From Tubiluchus corallicola (lineage: Eukaryota > Animalia > Priapulida), in contig JAQGDQ010001673.1 in the NCBI GenBank assembly GCA_030141605.1, forward strand, positions 1-30,220: a DNA stretch of 30,220 nt, written 5' to 3'. Positions 24,222 through 30,220 of the stretch are shown here, piece after piece (the first letter of the stretch is position 1; every line of letters starts with the position of its first letter). Made by a program: the position numbers and the translations under genes. The notes below the pieces were generated by a model, which saw nothing but the letters and a program-made list of their open reading frames with translations, was not told where the DNA came from and did no database searches.

Positions 24222-25361
24222 TCAAGGTAGACCGATCCATTCACGTGGCCAATATTCATCAGACACAAACCAATGAAGCTTGTCCTTGTAACCGTCTGGT
24301 AAATAATCACGAAAATATATGACAGTTCCATTCGACAAGTATCCACACCAGAAACTGAATGTGCCCACGGTCATTATTACGTGTTGACACAGTTGACTAG
24401 CAATACACATATCTACCTCGGGATCATTGCTCGTTGGTATAAATACAACGTCAAATCCTTTAATGTTCTTCTTATTCCATTCGATATCATCACCAATCAC
24501 AACAAACACAACATTGGCAAACTTTTGCCTCATGTAAGCCATTGCTTTGTTAAAGTAATCGAGGGAAGGCATGCATGAAATGCAGTCGTGATCTCCCTTT
24601 TGTTGGAAATCGTCCCTTTCTAAGAAATCAGTTCTTCGTATGTGAATTCCTACTCCTGTGAACGGTTTTTCCAAAAGTTTATTGTCTTTAAACTTCAGTA
24701 GAAGTTGTGTGTTCAGACTGCGCTTAGCTTTTGCTAATGTTTTTTGGTTAAATGTGAACTGGTTTCTTATATCATCCTTCCAGTCGTTAAAATACTTAGA
24801 AGACTGAAGATATGAATTGATACTAATTCCACGTGTCTGCCCGACGTAATCTTCTAAATTTTGTGTCATGGGGTAGAATTTATCACAGAGTATGAATTTA
24901 ATTTCCAGCATTTGACGTCGATAATGTTTGTACGTTGCCGTGCAAGTGAACACCGGTATTTCCAATTGAGTAAATATTCTGTACAAGCTAAAACTACTAG
25001 ACAACACTGCAGTAAAGTTATTTGCACGGGCTATCCCGTACAATGCTGCGTATTGGAACATTTTATTGCCCAATCTGCCCATAATGCCTGATAATGTTAC
25101 ATATCGCACATTGTCGTCAACATCGTCTACGTAGTTCATCGCACGTACATCATTTGATTCTTTTTCACATTCTTTTGTTATCCTTTCATCCCTAGATAGA
25201 CCATCATCTTGTCTCAAACCAGAAAGCCTCAAAGTAACAGCTCCATTTTGAACGGCTGTTACGTCACTACAAGATAAGATGCAAAAAGTCAATACATACA
25301 GAATGTACACAAGCTCAAATTTGCTGAGTCCACGGTTTCGGAGGTTGCACTTCTTTTCCAT
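24222..25361 (-). CDS. Alpha-1,2-fucosyltransferase-like protein (GT11, FUT1/FUT2 family), 379 aa, single coding exon
   Basis: Type II membrane anchor LVYILYVLTFCIL and GT11 motifs GRLGNKMFQYAALYGIA, YLQSSKYF, GIHIRRTD, FVVIGDDIEW, VIMTVGTFSFWCGYL. Acceptor tttttaacAG at 25396-25397 lies upstream of the ATG. Confidence 0.92.
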   Translation of the reverse strand: MEKKCNLRNRGLSKFELVYILYVLTFCILSCSDVTAVQNGAVTLRLSGLRQDDGLSRDERITKECEKESNDVRAMNYVDDVDDNVRYVTLSGIMGRLGNKMFQYAALYGIARANNFTAVLSSSFSLYRIFTQLEIPVFTCTATYKHYRRQMLEIKFILCDKFYPMTQNLEDYVGQTRGISINSYLQSSKYFNDWKDDIRNQFTFNQKTLAKAKRSLNTQLLLKFKDNKLLEKPFTGVGIHIRRTDFLERDDFQQKGDHDCISCMPSLDYFNKAMAYMRQKFANVVFVVIGDDIEWNKKNIKGFDVVFIPTSNDPEVDMCIASQLCQHVIMTVGTFSFWCGYLSNGTVIYFRDYLPDGYKDKLHWFVSDEYWPREWIGLP

Positions 25362-25954
25362 AGTTTTTTTTTGCAAACTGCAATGATTTTTGATGCTGTT
25401 AAAAATGTAAAAAATATAATCATTAGGAATTTGTATTTACTTGCAGTAATAATCAAAACAATCATACATATTTAGTCTCAGCCCAAGGGCACAATTTTGA
25501 TTTTGCAGGCCCCTGGGCTATAGATACTGTGAGGACCCTACCCCAAGAGACAGTTAACAATAGCATGAATGTTGGATTCTTCAATTCATTTTATTAAATT
25601 TTCAAAATAATTCCAACATCAGGCCCACTTAAATGAGTGCAAGTCTAACACGATAAAAAAGAAAAGATATTCTAATATTTACCAAATTAAAATACGTTTT
25701 TTAATTATTAAATAATTACCAACTTAAAGGAAGACCGGACAATTGTTTAAACTCAATCTTATTTTAATTTACTATCCAATATATACATTTTCTTGCCTAC
25801 AAAAGTTAACAATTGTTTCTTATATTTGAATAATTTGCTTAGAAAGTTAATTAACGGCAACCGAACACAGCTATTGCTTATGTCAGAAACTAACCACAGT
25901 TTGTGCAATGTGCGTCTTCCCTTGGGCGTCTAGCACGTTTGCGTACGAATTATG

Positions 25955-26785
25955 AATTTATTTATTCCACAGCAACTCAAATATACATATAAATTGATAT
26001 AACATTGAAAAAAAAACTATGCGAGTTACTGTGAGGAGGAGGAAGGAGCATTTTGCTTTCGAGTCCTCCTCCAGATAAGTGAAACAATTGACAATTAACA
26101 TTACATTTTCATCAGTTATAGCATACATTAGAACAAGGTAAGTTTTGTTAGTAACTTAAGATCAGGATGAGTAAAATTGTGAGTTAATTATACCATTGTA
26201 GTAGGTAATTCTTTGATGCTTTTTTAAATTGATAAAGATTAAGAGTTTTCATTTCACGCGGAATTGATGAGCATATTTTAATAGCATTATATTTTGATGA
26301 CTGTTTCATTATATTTGTTTTTGGAAGGGGGAGTACATAGTTTTCACCTGAATATCTTGTGTAATGATCATGTTGATTTGAAACTGGACTAAAATATGAC
26401 TGAAAAGCTGGTGGAAGTAGTGAATTATGATAGTGATACATGAAATGAAGACAATACATGTCATATATTTCTTTCACTTTAAGAGTTTTAACAGACAAAT
26501 AAATTATATTTGTGGGATGGTCATACCTTACATGATATATTAGTTTGAGAATTTTGTTCTGGGTAATTTGTAAAGCTTCCAGATTACTTTTATATACACC
26601 ACCCCAAGACATGACGCCATATATTAGATATGGGTAGACTAAACTGTAATAGATTTTCATCAATGTTTCTCTATTAACAAACTTGCGTAATTTAGAGATG
26701 ATAGGTTTTACTCAATTTATGCTTTATTATACTTATTTGGTACTTCGAGTCTAGGTGCTCATCACAAATTACAACAAAGAAATTG
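25955..26785 (-). mobile_element. 5'-truncated L2/CR1-group (Crack/Daphne-like) LINE
   Basis: Post-RT motif IYYSLVYPYLIYGVMSWG...LQITQNKILKLI, degraded upstream DEHL...SKLR, and a 3' UTR ending aataaataaa. Confidence 0.85.
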
Positions 26786-27302
26786 CAAGTGTAAGAGCAC
26801 CAATGAGTTGGAATAATGGACAGGAAAACAATTACAGTATATTATTATACAGCTTAGAAATTAATTGACCCCCATTTTTAAAGAGATAATTCAGCATACT
26901 CTCATTCAGTAGTAACTCTTCACAGCTAATTAACTTCAATTAATCTCTGGAGTCCCCTCACCTGCCGGGTGTCCCTGGACTGCAGCCGATGACTTAATCC
27001 TGCATTGCTCAGCGCTGCATTAACATTAAGCAAAATAAGCAAGTGCTTAAAGCACAAGAAAACCCTTCATAAACATAAAGCTTGAAGAATTCGTTTTGAA
27101 ATTTTATATCACTTGCATACTGCCTTTTTGCATGCAGGACTTCAATCAGCAGTCCCACTGTATAAAACATGTAAATTTAAACACCCGCGAGGACCGTTAG
27201 ACGTAACCATTTTCACGACAGGTCATTTGAAACAAGTTTAGATAACATTGTGTAAAGTTTGAAAAAATAATCAGAACACGTGTAGCACACAAGTCACTAA
27301 CT

Positions 27303-27731
27303 AAATAAAATTTAATATTACTGTATCTTGTCGATAAGTTTAAAAATACGTTTTTTGGTTAGTGAGTGGTGCACCCTGGAGGTGAGTCAGCGACATTTTA
27401 CCAATTGGCGAAAACATTTAAATAATTAATAATTTTCTTTTCTAGTTACATAAGTCTTTCTAGCAGAAAAGCGAAAATCTAAGTAACATAGATTTGCATG
27501 GAAAGTTTTTTGAGATATAATTTAACATTGCCTTTTCTTCCCTTCATTTACGTTTGGTACATGACGTCACGTAATGGCGACTTCGGAACAGTATTGCGGG
27601 AGATTTAAAATGAAAACAAACTAAAATTCCTTTCAGTGCGAGTAAGATACACGCAAAAAATTGCTATAAAGTAATATAATTTTTTAAGACGATTTTTCTG
27701 AAACCTACTTCGGGTACCCCTTTTTTGTCCT
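27303..27731 (+). mobile_element. Dispersed repeat ending CCT-TTAA, copy 2
   Basis: Homologous to 12570-12921. Confidence 0.65.
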
Positions 27732-28141
27732 TTAAGACCACGAAGGAAGAGGGGCCCACGCTGTTTTTTCCATATCGAATAATTACCCAAAAGTAAAATA
27801 CGTACGGCTGCAGAAATGCTGATTGACTGTCCCTTTAAAAGATTTAGAGTTTCTGTATTTTTAATCTAAAATCAATCACATTTATGAGCAAAGTAAAACT
27901 GATACCCTAGCATTTACTGTAAATAAATCTCACTGCAAATTTTTTTTCACTTCAACAGAAAAAAATTCATTTTAGAGTTTAGTATTGTTTTCATTCCGAA
28001 TTACACATCTGTGGGTGCCATAATCTTTTTGGTGCCTAAGTGCTGTTGAGGTCTTAATCTCTGTTTGATTTTCTAGTAACAGTTTTGCCCAAGATCTAAA
28101 ACCCGATGTCTGGTTCAGTTGGCTTCTCTTGCTTCACTTAC

Positions 28142-28328
28142 CATAGGTTTACAAGATAAAGGACAGACAGATTCCTTCACAGTGTGATGTTCTAACATTT
28201 TTACTCTTCTCTCTCGTGGCAATTTTTTATTACAACAATTCAAAACGAAGAAGAAAACAGCTTATGCTGATTTTTGCTCGTTTGTATCTAATTACAACAA
28301 AGTGATGAAGTTAGATTGAAAGAATAAA
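28142..28328 (-). other. Candidate internal 5' UTR exon of the fucosyltransferase
   Basis: Strong donor atg|gtaagt at 28140-28141; weak acceptor ggtattacAG at 28329-28330. Confidence 0.3.
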
Positions 28329-28347
28329 CTGTAATACCATCATACTG

Positions 28348-28357
28348 AATAATAATA

Positions 28358-28443
<86 letters not shown>
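28348..28443. repeat. (AAT)n microsatellite
   Basis: Seen directly. Confidence 0.98.
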
Positions 28444-28445
<2 letters not shown>

Positions 28446-28472
28446 TGTATAACACTACTTAGTTAGCATTTC

Positions 28473-28667
28473 TTTTGCAATAATTTTAATGTGTAACAAC
28501 ACTTTCCTGGCACTTCTTCTGTAAGAATTTTAAGGTGTAACAACACTTACCTGGTACTTCTTTTGTAAGAATTTTAATCTATCACAACACTTACCTGGCA
28601 CTTCTTTTGTAAGAATTTTAATGTATAACAACACTTACCTGGCACAACTTTTCTAAGAATTTTAATG
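28473..28667 (+). repeat. 44-bp minisatellite, ~4 copies
   Basis: Unit taacaacacttacctggcacttcttttgtaagaattttaatgta; period 28494 to 28538. Confidence 0.93.
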
Positions 28668-29267
28668 TACGTAAGTAAAAAAATTTGTTTGTCTCTGAAT
28701 GTTACAAAATAAACATAAACAAAAGCTAAAAACTAAAATAAAAACGGAAAAGAGACGGGGTGGCGAAAAGACGAAGGGTCACCAAGTCAACCACCCCTAT
28801 CCAAACTGAAGAAAATTAAATGACATGTCAAGTAAGTTGTGTACAAATGAAAATAATCAGCAACTTAACAAAATAAATAAATTTAATAAACGGAGCAACA
28901 AGTTCAAATGAGTTTAAATTTAGAAACAGTAAATAAATTTGGCAATGAGAAGAGGCAAAATTTAAATTAGCGAACAAAACGGAAAATTTAAACTCACCAA
29001 AAACAAAACTAATAATTACATATAAATCAAGAACTCAAACCAACATAAGAAGCAAAAAAAATGAAGCAATGTCAAGACATGAGTAAATCATCACCAGGTC
29101 AAGTACCTCTATCCAAATTTAAAGGAAATTATATAACCTGACAAGTACAGACAAGGAAAATTATAATAATCAACATATTAAAAAATAAAAATAAAAAATA
29201 AAGATGAACAACTAGGGAGATAAGTTTTGAGGGGCGCCAGGATTGAGAAATTTTTATTCTCAGTTAC

Positions 29268-29396
29268 CTTACGTGGAAATGGCTGTTGTTCATTAACGTT
29301 GTCTGGGATCGTTTAGTGCACGTGCTCCAGGCAAGCAGGTACAGGTCAAATATGTTACCGGTCATTGATCTGCTAAAGACCAGTTAAGCGCTTATA
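29268..29396 (-). promoter_or_regulatory. Candidate TATA promoter and first non-coding exon of the fucosyltransferase
   Basis: Minus-strand TATAAG starts at 29396, an Inr-like TCAAT has its A at 29366 (30 bp downstream), and donors cac|gtaagg (29272) and aag|gtaact (29267) follow. Confidence 0.4.
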
Positions 29397-29450
29397 TTTG
29401 CACTGCACGAACGCTAATTTTTTGTGAAAACACAAGTGTCGTTCCATCTT

Positions 29451-29889
29451 AAAATTATTACAAAAAAGTGCCAGGAAAGTGTTGTTATACATTAAAATTC
29501 TTACAAAAGTTGTGCCAGGTAAGTGTTGTTATACATTAAAATTCTTACAAAAGAAGTGCCAGGTAAGTGTTGTTATACATTAAAATTTTTACAAAAGAAG
29601 TGCCAGGTAAGTGTTGTTATACATTAAAATTCTTACAAAAGAAGTGTCAGGTAAGTGTTGTTATACATTAAAATTCTTACAAAAGAAGTGCCAGCTAAGT
29701 GTTGTTATACATTAAAATTCTTACAAAAGAAGTGCCAGGTAAGTGTTGTTATACATTAAAATTTTTACAAAAGAAGTGCCAGGTAAGTGTTGTTATACAT
29801 TAAAATTCTTACAAAAGAAGTGTCAGGTAAGTGTTGTTATACATTAAAATTCTTACAAAAGAAGTGCCAGCTAAGTGTTGTTATACATT
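29451..29889 (-). repeat. 44-bp minisatellite, ~10 copies, inverted relative to 28473-28667
   Basis: Unit aagtgttgttatacattaaaattcttacaaaagaagtgccaggt; period 29521 to 29565. Confidence 0.95.
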
Positions 29890-30220
29890 GATTTATGTTG
29901 CCTCTTGATTATAAACTCATCTAAATTCATTATACTAATATCTCCCTAGTTATTCATCTTTATTTTTTATTTTTATTTTTTAATATGTTGATTATTATAA
30001 TTTTCCTTGTCTGTACTTGTCAGGTTATATAATTTCCTTTAAATTTGGATAGAGGTACTTGACCTGGTGATGATTTACTCATGTCTTGACATTGCTTCAT
30101 TTTTTTTGCTTCTTATGTTGGTTTGAGTTCTTGATTTATATGTAATTATTAGTTTTGTTTTTGGTGAGTTTAAATTTTCCGTTTTGTTCGCTAATTTAAA
30201 TTTTGCCTCTTCTCATTGAC

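Larger units (their letters stand above)
28943..30218. repeat. Near-perfect 280-bp inverted repeat (28943-29222 / 29939-30218) with a 716-bp spacer
   Basis: Arms are reverse complements with one mismatch seen (gaacaac vs gaataac). The right arm runs to the window edge and may continue. Confidence 0.95.

Noticed and set aside
25480-28066. Further degraded hAT-like MITE ends near 25480, 26950-27050 and 28010-28060
   Set aside because: The TIRs and TSDs are too decayed to pair with confidence.

Overview
AT-rich, repeat-dense eukaryotic (invertebrate-like metazoan) genomic DNA. The main gene is nearly invisible in the ORF track: six short minus-strand coding exons (20028 down to 2482) splice in phase into the N-terminus of an axonemal dynein heavy chain most like DNAH12. 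An RFX X-box and a forkhead site lie upstream of it. A complete two-exon secreted C-type lectin gene is nested antisense in its 10.9-kb intron, and the lectin's last codons and stop are amplified into a ~1.7-kb minisatellite. The next intron holds exons of a C2H2 zinc-finger gene, possibly damaged. Upstream on the minus strand is a single-coding-exon GT11 alpha-1,2-fucosyltransferase whose candidate promoter and first exon sit between near-perfect 280-bp inverted repeats. The rest is minisatellites (53, 69, 63, 49, 44 bp), microsatellites, solo LTRs, hAT and piggyBac MITEs, a hAT transposase relic and LINE fragments. Family calls rest on motif recognition from memory; no database search was run.
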